Assembly: GCA_965228895.1 (NCBI GenBank)
Contig: OZ245842.1
Coordinates: 4,736,001 to 4,800,000 of the forward strand
DNA from: Alphaproteobacteria bacterium
GTDB lineage: Bacteria; Pseudomonadota; Alphaproteobacteria; SP197
DNA: 64,000 nucleotides
Direction: 5' to 3'
In this document: positions 43,980 to 54,342 of the stretch, piece by piece
How positions within the stretch are numbered: the first letter of the stretch is position 1
Layout: each line of letters starts with the position of its first letter
Program-made: the position numbers and the translations under genes
Notes under the pieces: model-generated
Seen by the model: only the letters and a program-made list of their open reading frames with translations
Told to the model about the DNA's origin: nothing
Databases searched by the model: none

Positions 43980-44737
43980 CTCTGCCGCGGCCTCAAGACA
44001 TGGTGGTGCTGGGCGTCATAAAGACGGCTGTCGCGGAAGTCTGTCTCGGCGAGCACCCGACCAACGAGGATAAGCGCCGTGCGCGTAAAACCCGCCGCCT
44101 TCACCTTGGCGCGGATGTCGGCCAGCGTGCCGCGAAGGATCTCTTCGTCGGGCCAGGTAACGCGATAGGCGACGACACAAGGACAGTCTTCGCCATAGAG
44201 CGGCACCAACTCGCGCACGACTCGCGCGAGATTGTTGACGGAGAGATGAATGGCGAGCGTCGCGCCGGACTTGCCGAGCGTCGTCAGGTCCTCGCCCTCG
44301 GGCATCGCGGTCGCGCGCACGGCCGTGCGGGTCGCGATGACGGTCTGGCTGATATCCGGCAGCGTCAGCTCGGTCTTCAACGCCGCGGCGGCAGCGGCGA
44401 AAGCGGGCACCCCGGGCGTGACGTCATAGGCGATGCCGAGATCATCAAGCCGGCGCATCTGTTCGGCGATCGCACCATAGATCGAGGGATCGCCGGAATG
44501 GACCCGTGCGACGTCGTGACCGGCGGTATGAGCCTTTTCGATCAGCCCAATAATCTCATCGAGATGGAGCGGCGCGGTATCGACCACATCGGCATCCTCT
44601 GCCGCCTCGGCAACGATTTCCGCGGGCACCAGCGAGCCTGCATAGAGGACGACGGGTGCGGAACGGATCAGGTTGAGGCCACGCACGGTGATGAGATCGG
44701 GTGCGCCGGGACCGGCGCCGATGAAATGGACGGTCAC
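43976..44737 (-). CDS. cobM: Precorrin-4 C11-methyltransferase
   Basis: FIGAGPGAPDLITVRG, YAGSLV, RVHSGDPSIY, SRLY. Confidence 0.94.
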   Translation of the reverse strand: MTVHFIGAGPGAPDLITVRGLNLIRSAPVVLYAGSLVPAEIVAEAAEDADVVDTAPLHLDEIIGLIEKAHTAGHDVARVHSGDPSIYGAIAEQMRRLDDLGIAYDVTPGVPAFAAAAAALKTELTLPDISQTVIATRTAVRATAMPEGEDLTTLGKSGATLAIHLSVNNLARVVRELVPLYGEDCPCVVAYRVTWPDEEILRGTLADIRAKVKAAGFTRTALILVGRVLAETDFRDSRLYDAQHHHVLRPRQS

Positions 44738-46554
44738 GCGTCTTCCCCCCGCTTGGCCGCATAGCCGCGTGGCGTATAGACGACCGGCCGGCCGGCATGT
44801 TTGAAACGCCGTGTCTGGCTGCTGCCGACCATGACGAGACTCATCATGTCGGCATCGTCGGATGTCAGCGCCGCCAACGTGGTCACGCGCATCGCCTCAC
44901 CGTCACGCCCGACATGACGCGCGATGATAACCGGCGTGTCGCCCGGCCGTGTCGTCAGCAAGATGTCTCGGGCGTCCGCCAGGTGCTGGCGGCGTTTCTT
45001 GGAGACCGGGTTATAGAACGCGACGACGAAGTCGCCGGCCGCCGCCGCCTTCAACCGTTTCTCAATGACCGCCCAGGGAGTCAATAGGTCAGAGAGCGAG
45101 ATCGCACAGAAATCGTGGCCGAGCGGTGCTCCGGCCCGCGATGCCGCGGCCTGAAGTGCTGAAATGCCAGGAATGACGGCAATGTCGATGACGCGCCACG
45201 CCGGATCACCTGCTTCGTCGACCAGCTCCCAGGTCAGGCTCGCCATGGCGTAAATGCCGGGGTCGCCGGAACACAACAACACGACCTGCTTACCCTCGCC
45301 CGCCAGATCGAGGGCGGCGCGGCAGCGCGCCTCCTCCTCGCCCAACGCGAAGTCATGGCGTCTTTTGCCGGCGCCGAGCGATCCCGCGAGGTCGAGGTAA
45401 TAGCCGTAACCCACGAGGTCGGTCGCCGCTGCGATCGCGCGGCTGGCTTCAGGGCTGCGCATGGCGCTGCCGCCTGGGCCGAGCCCAACCAGAACCAGGC
45501 TTCCGGATTGATGGGGAGCGACGTCCAAGATACCCGGCGAGCGCGCGACAGCGCAGGTCGCCCGTTTCGATTTGGTCTTGGCGACGATCAGCTCGCTGTC
45601 AGGGCCCGCCGCCGCCAGGGCTGCGCCTTCCGCGACACCGTGACAGCCGACCTCGTTAAAGACGACGTCCGACGGGTTCGCCAGGCGCGGCGCTTCGGCT
45701 TCCAATGTCGCGGCGTCATAGAGGGTCAACGGCACATCGAAGCTGTCGGCGGCGGCCAGCACTGCCGGTTCGCCACCTTTCAGATCGATCGAGGCGACGG
45801 TCGCGACCGCGTCCTCCTCCAGACCGTGGCGTGCGAGCACATCGTGAACCAGGCCAATCAGTTCAGCAGGCTCCGCGCCGCGCTCGGTGCCGACACCTAC
45901 GGTCAGCAAGCGCGGATGATAAACGAGCTCGTTGGGCGCCGGCCGGACACGACGGTGGGTCAGACGGATGGCATGACGGGCATCCTTGTTGGCGAAGGCG
46001 GTATCACCTTTCAGCAGCCACGAGGCATCGCCGGCCTCGACATGAAGCGCGACGGGATCACCGGCGAGCAAGGCCGCCGTTATCGGTTTGACCGCCTCCG
46101 GGTTCATGATGGTCCAGCCGTCCGGCGGCTGATCGAGCGCCAGACCCAATCTGAGATCGCCCGCCGTCGTCACGGCGGCGGGCGTACCAAGGGTATCGGC
46201 GCAGAGCTTTGCCAGCGTGTTGGCACCGTGGTGACCGCCCAACAGCGGAACAACGGCGCTACCGTCCTCGGCAACAGCCAACACCGGCGGCTCGCCACGC
46301 TTATCGGCGAGGAACGGCGAGACCGCACGAATCAAGATGCCGGAAGCGCACAGGCCAATCACCGGCACGCCGGCGACAAACAGGTCGCCGACATGCGCCA
46401 TGGTGTCGCCGAATACGATGTCGGCTGCACCAGCCCGTCCGTCGAGACCGTGCACACTTGATCCCGGCAGTACGGTTTGCAGACGGCGCGCGGTCTCAAG
46501 ACCGCCGGCGCTCAAACAAATGAGCGCCGTGCCTTCGGGCGGCTTCAGCGCCAT
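44734..46554 (-). CDS. cobJ: CbiG-CobJ fusion (cobalt-precorrin-5A hydrolase-like + precorrin-3B C17-methyltransferase)
   Basis: N-terminal DKRGEPPV, LLGGHHGAN, GVAEGAA; C-terminal VGLGPG, SGDPGIYAMA, GAPLGHDF, FYNP, YTPRGY. Confidence 0.92.
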   Translation of the reverse strand: MALKPPEGTALICLSAGGLETARRLQTVLPGSSVHGLDGRAGAADIVFGDTMAHVGDLFVAGVPVIGLCASGILIRAVSPFLADKRGEPPVLAVAEDGSAVVPLLGGHHGANTLAKLCADTLGTPAAVTTAGDLRLGLALDQPPDGWTIMNPEAVKPITAALLAGDPVALHVEAGDASWLLKGDTAFANKDARHAIRLTHRRVRPAPNELVYHPRLLTVGVGTERGAEPAELIGLVHDVLARHGLEEDAVATVASIDLKGGEPAVLAAADSFDVPLTLYDAATLEAEAPRLANPSDVVFNEVGCHGVAEGAALAAAGPDSELIVAKTKSKRATCAVARSPGILDVAPHQSGSLVLVGLGPGGSAMRSPEASRAIAAATDLVGYGYYLDLAGSLGAGKRRHDFALGEEEARCRAALDLAGEGKQVVLLCSGDPGIYAMASLTWELVDEAGDPAWRVIDIAVIPGISALQAAASRAGAPLGHDFCAISLSDLLTPWAVIEKRLKAAAAGDFVVAFYNPVSKKRRQHLADARDILLTTRPGDTPVIIARHVGRDGEAMRVTTLAALTSDDADMMSLVMVGSSQTRRFKHAGRPVVYTPRGYAAKRGEDA

Positions 46555-47252
46555 GCCTCACCTCGGCTGTGCACGAGCACCATGGAGAAGTAGGGCGCCT
46601 TGGCTTCGCCGAGATCAGCCAGCGGCAACGATTTCTGGTCGGCCATGGTGGCATGTTCGACATAGCGGGCGCGCTCGACCATGCCGAGACGCTCGATGAC
46701 GGCTTTGATCTTCGGCATGTGGCGGCCGACCTTGATGATGGCCGCCGCCTCGACGTCCTTCAGGCGACGCTCCAGCTCGTCCTCCGAGAGTATCCCCGGC
46801 AAGACCGTCAGCACATCGTCGCGCGCGGCAAGCGGTGCGCCGGCGACAGCCGGGCACGCGACCAGCGAAGAAACGCCGGGCACGACTTCGACGCGGTGGC
46901 TGTGGGCGAGGCGCCCGAAGAGGTACATGAAGGAGCCGTAGAAGAACGGGTCGCCTTCGCAGATAGCCGCGACGTCGCGCCCGGCGGACAAATGCTCCGC
47001 GATGTCCTCGGCCGCCTGGTCATAGACCGCCTCGACCGGAAACCGGTTGAGGTCGAGCGGCATGCGGATGGCGATCTCGGTCTGGCCGCCCGGCAGGTGA
47101 CTCTCGACGATGGCGCGCGCCAGGCTCGGTCCTTGTTCCGGTGCCGGATAGGCGACGACCGGCGCCGCCCGCAACAGGCGGTGGGCCTTCAAGGTAATGA
47201 GTTCGGGATCACCCGGCCCGACGCCCAGCCCCCACAGGGTTCCGGCACTCAT
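46545..47252 (-). CDS. cobI: Precorrin-2 C20-methyltransferase
   Basis: GVGPGDPELITLKA, CEGDPFFYGS, PGVSS, APYFS. Confidence 0.94.
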   Translation of the reverse strand: MSAGTLWGLGVGPGDPELITLKAHRLLRAAPVVAYPAPEQGPSLARAIVESHLPGGQTEIAIRMPLDLNRFPVEAVYDQAAEDIAEHLSAGRDVAAICEGDPFFYGSFMYLFGRLAHSHRVEVVPGVSSLVACPAVAGAPLAARDDVLTVLPGILSEDELERRLKDVEAAAIIKVGRHMPKIKAVIERLGMVERARYVEHATMADQKSLPLADLGEAKAPYFSMVLVHSRGEAWR

Positions 47253-48454
47253 GGTTTCACCAGGGCAAGCTGTGTCACCGGCATCAGAGGACGCCAGCCG
47301 TTATAGGGTCCGACCGGATCGGCCCGGCTGATCGCAAGGCGCGTCATCGAGCCACCGTGGTCGCGATGCCAGGCCATCAAGACGGTCTCGCCTTCCAACG
47401 TCACCGCGTTAGCAACCAGCCGGCCGCCAGGCGGCAGCGCGTTCCAGGCATGTTCCATCAGACCGTCGGTTGTCAACCCGCCGCCGACAAAGACGGCGTC
47501 CGGTTCATCGAGGTCGGCCAGGGCTTCCGGCGCCGAGCCAGCCACAACATGGAGCAGCGGTGTGCCGAGCAGAGCGGCGTTCTCGGCCATCATCGCCCGA
47601 CGTTCACCATCCCGCTCGACGGCAATCGCACGGGCGCCATCGGCGGCACGCATCCACTCGATGGCGATCGAGCCGCAACCGGCGCCGACATCCCACAAGA
47701 GCCCACCGGGCACGGGCCCGAGCATGGCAAGCGTTGCCGCGCGCACCTCCCGCTTGGTCATCTGGCCGTCATGGCGAAAGGCATCATCGGGCAGGCCCGG
47801 CACGCGCGGCAGAAGCGGCCGGCCCGCATCGGCAACAACTTCGACGGCGACGGTGTTGAGGTCGGGAACGGCATCTGACACACCCTGCTCGGCGGTCGTC
47901 GTGAGACAGGCCTCCTGCTCACCGCCCATATGCGACAACACCGTCATCGGGCTCGCACCGAAACCGGCCTCGGCCAGCAGCTCCGCGAGCGCCGCCGGTG
48001 TCGTACCATCCTCCGACAGGATCAGGAGCCGGTTGCCCGGCGTCAGATGGGCACGCACGAGATCGAGCGGGCGGCCGTGCACGGTCAAGAGCCGGCATTC
48101 CGCCAGCGGCCAGCCAAGCCGGGCGCAGGCCAGGCTGAACGCGCCGACGCCCGGCAGGCAGACGACCTCGTCATGGGCAAACCGGCGCATCAGCGTGACG
48201 CCGATGCCGTAAGCCATGGGGTCGCCGCTGGCGAGCACCGTGACACGCTTGCCTCGCAGGCTTTCCAATCGCGCCACCGTCGCCTTCAACGGGCTTTCCC
48301 AGGTGAGCTTTTCGGCCTTGTGGTCGGCAACCATGGCCAGATGCCGTTCGCCGCCGACCAGCACCTCCGCATCGTCAACCAGCGCGCGCGCCGGTGCGGC
48401 AAGCCCTGCCAGACCATCCTCGCCAATGCCCACGATGCGCAGCCAGGGTTTCAT
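47249..48454 (-). CDS. cobL: Precorrin-6B C5,15-methyltransferase (decarboxylating), CbiE-CbiT
   Basis: VGIGEDG, LASGDP, HGR, GQMTKREVR, WDVGAGCGS, FVGGG, NAVTLE. Confidence 0.94.
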   Translation of the reverse strand: MKPWLRIVGIGEDGLAGLAAPARALVDDAEVLVGGERHLAMVADHKAEKLTWESPLKATVARLESLRGKRVTVLASGDPMAYGIGVTLMRRFAHDEVVCLPGVGAFSLACARLGWPLAECRLLTVHGRPLDLVRAHLTPGNRLLILSEDGTTPAALAELLAEAGFGASPMTVLSHMGGEQEACLTTTAEQGVSDAVPDLNTVAVEVVADAGRPLLPRVPGLPDDAFRHDGQMTKREVRAATLAMLGPVPGGLLWDVGAGCGSIAIEWMRAADGARAIAVERDGERRAMMAENAALLGTPLLHVVAGSAPEALADLDEPDAVFVGGGLTTDGLMEHAWNALPPGGRLVANAVTLEGETVLMAWHRDHGGSMTRLAISRADPVGPYNGWRPLMPVTQLALVKP

Positions 48455-49086
48455 GGAATACCGCCCATCAGCGCGTTGACTCCGGCGGCCGCAAGCGCGC
48501 TGCCGCCGCGCCGGCCATGAACCGTGACATAGGGCAAGCCGCTTTCGGCCAGCGCCTGTTTCGATTCTGCCGCGCCGACGAAACCGACGGGCATGCCGAT
48601 GACAAGCGCCGGGCGCACCGCGATTTCATCGAGTTTTTCCAGCAGACGGAACAAGGCCGTCGGCGCGTTGCCGATGGCGACAACGGCGTTGTCGAGATGA
48701 TCGTCCCACAGGTCAACCGCCGCCGCCGAACGGGTCGTCCCCTGCGTTTTCGCCAGGTCAGGCACAGCCGGATCGTTCAAACGGCACAACACCGCGTTCC
48801 CCGCCGGCAGACGACTGGCAATGATGCCGCGCGCGACCATTTCCACGTCGCACAGGATGGCCGCGCCGGCCTGAAGTGCCTCGCAGCCCCGGGTGACGGC
48901 ACCGGATGACAACGCGAGGTCGTCGATCAGATCGGTCATGCCGCAGGCGTGGATCAGCCGCACGGCCAGCGGACGCGCGTCATTGTCCAGACGCGACAGG
49001 TCCGCCTCGCCCTCGATGATGCGGCGGGACTCCCGATAGATCGCATCGGGATCGCGCAGATAAGCCCCGGTTTCAGGCAGCGACAT
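48451..49086 (-). CDS. cobH: Precorrin-8X methylmutase
   Basis: IYRES, RLIHACG, TRSAAA, IGNAPTAL, PVGFVGAAESK, GRRGGS. Confidence 0.95.
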   Translation of the reverse strand: MSLPETGAYLRDPDAIYRESRRIIEGEADLSRLDNDARPLAVRLIHACGMTDLIDDLALSSGAVTRGCEALQAGAAILCDVEMVARGIIASRLPAGNAVLCRLNDPAVPDLAKTQGTTRSAAAVDLWDDHLDNAVVAIGNAPTALFRLLEKLDEIAVRPALVIGMPVGFVGAAESKQALAESGLPYVTVHGRRGGSALAAAGVNALMGGIP

Positions 49087-50038
49087 GGCCGCCCTCCGCG
49101 AACAGCGCATCGACGTTGACGGCGATGCGCCCGGCCTTCGTGCCCGGCTCGCTCACCCCCAGGATCCACGCTTCCTCGGTTTCGACCGTCCGGCGTTCGG
49201 CGGTGGTCAGGTCATCCGCACCGGCAAAGAGAGCGCCAAGCTCTCCCGTGTCGTCGCGCGTTTTCAGATGGCCGACCATGGCCTGAACCTGCAGCGCATC
49301 CTTGACCGCATCGCCGATCGATTGCGGTGCGACAAGTGACGGATAGATTTCCGCCAAGACCACGTCGCAGTCGTGCAGGGCCGCCTTCGTCAGGGTCTTC
49401 AGGCCGGTGTCGAATGGCCAGATACGCGCCTTGAACCGCGTATCGTGACGCAGCGCCTTCACCACCGGCAGCCCCGTCAGGACCTGACTGCCGACCGAGC
49501 CCGTGTAGGCCAACTTCCAGACCGGCTGGGGGCCGGTGATGTAGCGTTCGCCGATACGCCGCTCGGCAAGCCGTCCGTGGCCATAGGCGTCGGGCCGCCG
49601 CGTTGTCAGCGTCTCGCGCGCCTGACCGGCGGGGCAACCCCAGAACGGACCGGGTCGACCGAGCCTTCGGTTGAGCCCCGCACCGACGTCGAAGCGGTTG
49701 TTGGTGTTATCGTCCGCGTCCTCGATCAGCCGGTCGACCTCATCCCAGGCCGCGCGCCAGGCCGGGCCGTTGAGACCGAGCGCGCGTGCGAATCCCTGGG
49801 GGTAGCCAAAGGGAAAGTCAAAGCCCGCGAGAACTTTCTGGCCGCCGTTTCGGCGCGCGGCAAGAAGCTCGGCGATCCGGTCGCGCGCCGCCGTCCGTGT
49901 CGCCGGGTTTTCCAGCGCCAACAGACGAAGGCCGTCGGGCTCGCGCGCGGCCAGGCAGATCCAGATCGAGTCCTTGCCCGTGCGTGGCGCGGCCGCCGCG
50001 CTCCAGTCGACCATCATATAGGCGTCGAACAGCGCCAT
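49073..50038 (-). CDS. Uncharacterised DUF429-like (RNase H-like fold) protein
   Basis: VDWSA, GFDFPFGYP, NNRF, GPFWG, GSVGSQ, WPF, AEIYPS, DALQV, EEAWILG; overlaps the cobH start. Confidence 0.6.
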   Translation of the reverse strand: MALFDAYMMVDWSAAAAPRTGKDSIWICLAAREPDGLRLLALENPATRTAARDRIAELLAARRNGGQKVLAGFDFPFGYPQGFARALGLNGPAWRAAWDEVDRLIEDADDNTNNRFDVGAGLNRRLGRPGPFWGCPAGQARETLTTRRPDAYGHGRLAERRIGERYITGPQPVWKLAYTGSVGSQVLTGLPVVKALRHDTRFKARIWPFDTGLKTLTKAALHDCDVVLAEIYPSLVAPQSIGDAVKDALQVQAMVGHLKTRDDTGELGALFAGADDLTTAERRTVETEEAWILGVSEPGTKAGRIAVNVDALFAEGGHVAA

Positions 50039-50045
50039 CGTTGAC

Positions 50046-51116
50046 TCAGCCCTTCAGGGTACGCGGGCCCAGCGGATGATCGGCGTGGGGATAGGGATGG
50101 TGGCCGTGATCATGGCTGTGGCCGTGGTCGTGACTGTGGTCGTGCCTGTGGTCGTGCCCATGATCGTGCCCATGATCGTGACCGTGATGATGGTGGTGAC
50201 CATGATCGTGGCCGTGCCCGCCGTTATCCGCCGGGCCGGTGCCGATGCCCTCGACGTGGTGGTGATGGCTTTCCTGGGCGAGGCCGACCTCGTCCTCGAA
50301 ACCCAGGACCTGCATGCGGTACTTGCAGGTCTGGCAGTTCATGTTGCCGGTGCCGCCCTCAATCTCCTCGATACGGTCCAGGAAGGTATCGACCACCAGC
50401 GGATGGTCGTTCAGGTAACCGGCCTTGACGAAGTCAACGTCGGGGAACTCCGCGGCGACGATATCGGTGTGGTCATAGATGCGGCGCACCAGAATGCCGG
50501 TGAAGAGGAAGTATGGGAAAACGACGATGCGTTTGTAGCCGAGCCGCACCGCATGGCGCAGGCCGGGCTGCACCAGCGGGAAGGTGACGCCGGAATAGGC
50601 GACCTCGCCCCAACCGAAACCCAGCCCCTCCCACAACATACGCCCGACCTTGGCGACGTTGGAGTTGGCGTCGGGATCCGACGCGCCGCGTCCGACGGTG
50701 ACCAGCAGGGTCTCGTCGAGCGGCACCTCGCCCTTGGCCTTGTTCGCCGCGTCGACGGCGGCCATGACGCGGTCGCCCGCGGCGCGCACCATGCGGGTAT
50801 CGATGCCGAGATCCCGGCCAAACTTGATCGTCAAACCGTCGTGCTGCGCCATATAGGTGTTCAGCACCGACGGCACGTCGTTCTTCACATGACCGGCGGC
50901 GAACAGCATGCCGGGCACGGCCAGGATGTTCCTGGCGCCACCGTCGCGCAGCTTGTCGAGCCCGTCACGGATGATCGGCGTCGCGAACTCCAGGAAACCG
51001 TGTTCAAGCGGCACGTCGACCCGTTCGCGCAGGCGTTCCGCGATAGCGGCGAACTCGGTGATGGCGCCTTCGTCGCGGCTGCCATGGCCGCACAGCATGA
51101 TGGCTGTCTCGCTCAT
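50046..51116 (-). CDS. cbiX: Sirohydrochlorin cobaltochelatase, long form (MxCxxC motif, His-rich tail)
   Basis: CGHGSR, FLEFATP, AAGHVKND, GRGASD, PYFLFTG, MNCQTCKYR, C-terminal HDHG repeats. Confidence 0.9.
   Translation of the reverse strand: MSETAIMLCGHGSRDEGAITEFAAIAERLRERVDVPLEHGFLEFATPIIRDGLDKLRDGGARNILAVPGMLFAAGHVKNDVPSVLNTYMAQHDGLTIKFGRDLGIDTRMVRAAGDRVMAAVDAANKAKGEVPLDETLLVTVGRGASDPDANSNVAKVGRMLWEGLGFGWGEVAYSGVTFPLVQPGLRHAVRLGYKRIVVFPYFLFTGILVRRIYDHTDIVAAEFPDVDFVKAGYLNDHPLVVDTFLDRIEEIEGGTGNMNCQTCKYRMQVLGFEDEVGLAQESHHHHVEGIGTGPADNGGHGHDHGHHHHHGHDHGHDHGHDHRHDHSHDHGHSHDHGHHPYPHADHPLGPRTLKG
50098..50217 (-). repeat. Imperfect 12-bp tandem repeat encoding (H-D-H-G)n in cbiX
   Basis: catgatcgtgcc / catgatcgtgac / tgtggtcgtgcc units on the + strand. 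Confidence 0.75.
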
Positions 51117-51190
51117 GATCGTGTCCTTTCCCCCATTGGACGTGGGTTGTTTCGATTGACGCCCGGGACCCATCGTCCCATGTACGCGCC

Positions 51191-52156
51191 ATGTTTTTCG
51201 ATCTCGCCGCGCCGTCGGTCCTGGCGGCGGCTCTTCTTCTGGATGCGCTGATCGGCGATCCGCGCTGGCTGTGGGGACGGGTGCCCCATCCGGTCGCGCT
51301 TTTGGGCGGTCTGATCGACTGGCTCGACCGTCGCCTCAACCGCCGCGACGCCGCGACCCGGCATCTGCGCGGCGTCTTCGTGCTGATCCTGGTCACCGCA
51401 CTCGCGGCCTTCTTCGGCTGGGTGATCGTGGCGATCACCGACCTCATCCCGTTCGGCTGGCTGATCGAGGCCTTTTGCGCCTCCGTCCTGATCGCTCAAC
51501 GCGACCTCTACGTTCACGTACGGCGCGTTGCGCAGGGCCTGCGCGACGAGGGCTTGGCGGGCGGACGCGCCGCTGTCGCGCATATCGTCGGACGCGATCC
51601 CAAGGCGCTGGACGATCACGGCGTCGGGCGCGCCACGATCGAATCCTGCGCCGAGAACTTCGCCGATGGCGTGGTCGCGCCGGTCTTCTGGTTCCTGCTC
51701 CTCGGCCTGCCCGGCATGGCGGCCTATAAGGCCGTCAACACGCTGGACAGCATGCTGGGCCATAGAAGCGAATCCCATCGTGCATTCGGCGCAGCGTCGG
51801 CCCGCTTCGACGATCTGGTTAACTGGGTCCCGGCGCGGATTTCGGCCCTGATCGTCGTTTTCGGCGCCTGCTTCATGACCGGCAGCCGGCCGGGCGAGGG
51901 TTTGAAAGCCGCCTTCCGCGATGCGCCGCAGCACAATTCGCCGAACGCCGGCTGGCCGGAGGCCGCCTTTGCCGGCTCGCTGGGCATCGCCATTGCGGGG
52001 CCCCGCCAGTACGGACACGAGACCGTCGACGGCGCCTGGATGGGCGATGGCCGCACGGAGGTCACCGCCGAAGATATCGACCGTTCGCTCAAGCTTTACG
52101 TGAATGCGTGCATCATTCATGGGCTGATCGCCGTCACCTTGCTGACCTGGCTTTGA
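51191..52156 (+). CDS. cbiB: Adenosylcobinamide-phosphate synthase (CbiB/CobD)
   Basis: GDP...[37 protein letters not shown]. Confidence 0.94.
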   Translation: MFFDLAAPSVLAAALLLDALIGDPRWLWGRVPHPVALLGGLIDWLDRRLNRRDAATRHLRGVFVLILVTALAAFFGWVIVAITDLIPFGWLIEAFCASVLIAQRDLYVHVRRVAQGLRDEGLAGGRAAVAHIVGRDPKALDDHGVGRATIESCAENFADGVVAPVFWFLLLGLPGMAAYKAVNTLDSMLGHRSESHRAFGAASARFDDLVNWVPARISALIVVFGACFMTGSRPGEGLKAAFRDAPQHNSPNAGWPEAAFAGSLGIAIAGPRQYGHETVDGAWMGDGRTEVTAEDIDRSLKLYVNACIIHGLIAVTLLTWL

Positions 52157-53628
52157 TCGCCATTGGCGATCGCGATAAGGCGGTCCAGGTCAAGCGCCTG
52201 CTCCATACCGTCAGCGACCCGGTCCAGCGCGTCGTCGACCTCGGCCTCGAAGGCAAGACCCGACGTCGCGCGCTTCCGGATGCGCTGCAGAAATCGGTGA
52301 CGAAAGCCGTCGGCGGCAAACAGACCGTGCACGTAACAACCCATGACGCGGCCCGACGGCGCAATGGCGCCATCAGACCGACCGTCGATCTCGATCATGG
52401 GCCGGCTGATCCCAGCACCCGACGTCTCGCCGATATGCATCTCGTAGCCGGTGAAGACCTCGCCGGTCGCGACATCCCGTGCGGCGACTTCGGTCAACCG
52501 CTTGTCGCCGGCCAACACCGTCTCGACATCGAGCAGACCGAGACCCGCCTCCGTGCCTGTCGCACCTTCGATACCGTCGGGGTCGGCAACCGTGTGGCCA
52601 AGCATCTGGTAGCCGGCGCAGACACCGAGCACCCAGCCGCCGCGCCGGATGTGGGCGGCAAGGTCGATATCCCAGCCCTGCGCCTTCAGGTCGCGCAGAT
52701 CGCCGACCGTCGCTTTCGACCCCGGCAGGATGATCAGATCCGCGTCGCCCGGAAGCGGCTGGCCCGGTTCGACCACGGTGACGGCAACATCGGGCTCGGC
52801 GAGCAGCGGGTCGAGGTCATCGAAGTTGGCGATGCGGGCGAGCCGGGGCACCGCGATGCGGATGGCATCACCGGGCGCGTCCTCCGAGGCGAAGCTGTCG
52901 AGCGCGACCGCGTCCTCCGCCGGCAGGCGCTTGGCATCGGCCAAGTGCGGCACGATGCCCAGGCATTCCAAACCGGTGCGCGCCACAATGATGGCCAGCG
53001 CGTCGTCGAAGAGCGCGGGATCCCCGCGAAACTTGTTGATGATGTAGGCACGAATGCGCGCGCGTTCGTCCGGTTCCAGGAGCGCCATGGTGCCGACGAG
53101 GCTGGCGATCACGCCGCCCCGGTCGATATCGCCGACCAGGACGACCGGCACATCGACCGCTTCGGCAAAACCCATGTTGGCGATGTCGCCGCGGCGCAGG
53201 TTGACTTCCGCCGGGCTGCCTGCGCCTTCCACCAGAACCAGATCGGCATCGGCGCCGAGACGCTCGAAACTCTCGATAACACGCGGCAGAAGCTGCGGCT
53301 TCAGCGTGTGATAGTCGCGCGCCTGGGCCTCACCAAAGACACGGCCTTGAACGACAACCTGGGCGCCGCGCTCCGACTGGGGTTTCAACAGCACGGGGTT
53401 CATGTCGACCGACGGCGCGATCCCGGCCGCGCGCGCCTGCAGCATCTGGGCCCGGCCGATCTCGCCGCCATCGGCGGTGACGCCCGCGTTGTTCGACATG
53501 TTCTGCGGCTTGAACGGCCGTACCTTCAGGCCACGGCGTGTGTAGGCGCGCGCCAAACCGGCAACCAGCAGCGACTTGCCGACATCCGATCCGGTGCCCT
53601 GCAGCATGACGGCGGGCGGACGCGTCAC
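52117..53628 (-). CDS. cobQ: Cobyric acid synthase
   Basis: [54 protein letters not shown]. Confidence 0.96.
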   Translation of the reverse strand: MTRPPAVMLQGTGSDVGKSLLVAGLARAYTRRGLKVRPFKPQNMSNNAGVTADGGEIGRAQMLQARAAGIAPSVDMNPVLLKPQSERGAQVVVQGRVFGEAQARDYHTLKPQLLPRVIESFERLGADADLVLVEGAGSPAEVNLRRGDIANMGFAEAVDVPVVLVGDIDRGGVIASLVGTMALLEPDERARIRAYIINKFRGDPALFDDALAIIVARTGLECLGIVPHLADAKRLPAEDAVALDSFASEDAPGDAIRIAVPRLARIANFDDLDPLLAEPDVAVTVVEPGQPLPGDADLIILPGSKATVGDLRDLKAQGWDIDLAAHIRRGGWVLGVCAGYQMLGHTVADPDGIEGATGTEAGLGLLDVETVLAGDKRLTEVAARDVATGEVFTGYEMHIGETSGAGISRPMIEIDGRSDGAIAPSGRVMGCYVHGLFAADGFRHRFLQRIRKRATSGLAFEAEVDDALDRVADGMEQALDLDRLIAIANGDQSQVSKVTAISP

Positions 53629-53634
53629 GCCGTG

Positions 53635-54336
53635 CTACTCCTCATCGACGCCGGTGAGCGCGGCGCGCAGACCGTCAGCGCCGTCGTTCGACACGGTGCC
53701 GGCCTGAACGATCTCGCGCGTTGTCGCGGCCTCGCCATAGTAGAGCTGGTTGGTGTCCTCATCGGGGATCAGGATCGCGCCCTCGACGGCGACGCCGGCA
53801 AACAGTCCCTGGCCGGTGCCGTAGGCATAGATGTCCTGGTCGAAGTCGGTGCTGGTCGTCGCCGCCTTGGCGTTGATGCCGACCGGCCCGGCCGCGACGG
53901 AAGCATCACCGCCAATCTCGATCTTATCGGCCAGCATCGCCTCCATACCTTCGTCGGTCATGATGACCAGCACGATCTGGCTGACCGATGCGCCGATCTG
54001 TAAGCCGACGCTACCCGACGCCATGGTCATGAACGCCGGATAACTCCATGCGCCGGTGTTCAGATCATGAGCCAGCAAGACGGCCTCACCGGCTTCGCCG
54101 CCGATGATCAGACCGGCTTTGTAGAGCGCCGGCACGACGACGACGCCGCGAGCGCGGGTCAAAAGGCCGCGCAGGTTCTCGAAATCCGGGTCGGCGACCA
54201 GTTGTTCGACTGTGGCCTGGGCTTCGCCGACCAGATTCTGCGGCGTATCGGCATGAGCCGGGGCAGCGGCGGCATAAGCCGCCACCACCACCAAACCCAT
54301 CATCCAGCGCCGCAGAACGGACATCGTCGTTCTCAC
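53635..54336 (-). CDS. SYLF/Ysc84 lipid-binding domain exported protein (paralogue 1)
   Basis: Signal peptide; KAGLIIGG, GSVGLQIGA, ASVAAGPVG, GLFAG..EGA, NQLYYG. Confidence 0.85.
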   Translation of the reverse strand: MRTTMSVLRRWMMGLVVVAAYAAAAPAHADTPQNLVGEAQATVEQLVADPDFENLRGLLTRARGVVVVPALYKAGLIIGGEAGEAVLLAHDLNTGAWSYPAFMTMASGSVGLQIGASVSQIVLVIMTDEGMEAMLADKIEIGGDASVAAGPVGINAKAATTSTDFDQDIYAYGTGQGLFAGVAVEGAILIPDEDTNQLYYGEAATTREIVQAGTVSNDGADGLRAALTGVDEE

Positions 54337-54342
54337 TTTCGA

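Noticed and set aside
50098-50217. CRISPR-like array
   Set aside because: In-frame 12-bp coding repeat without spacers; no cas genes
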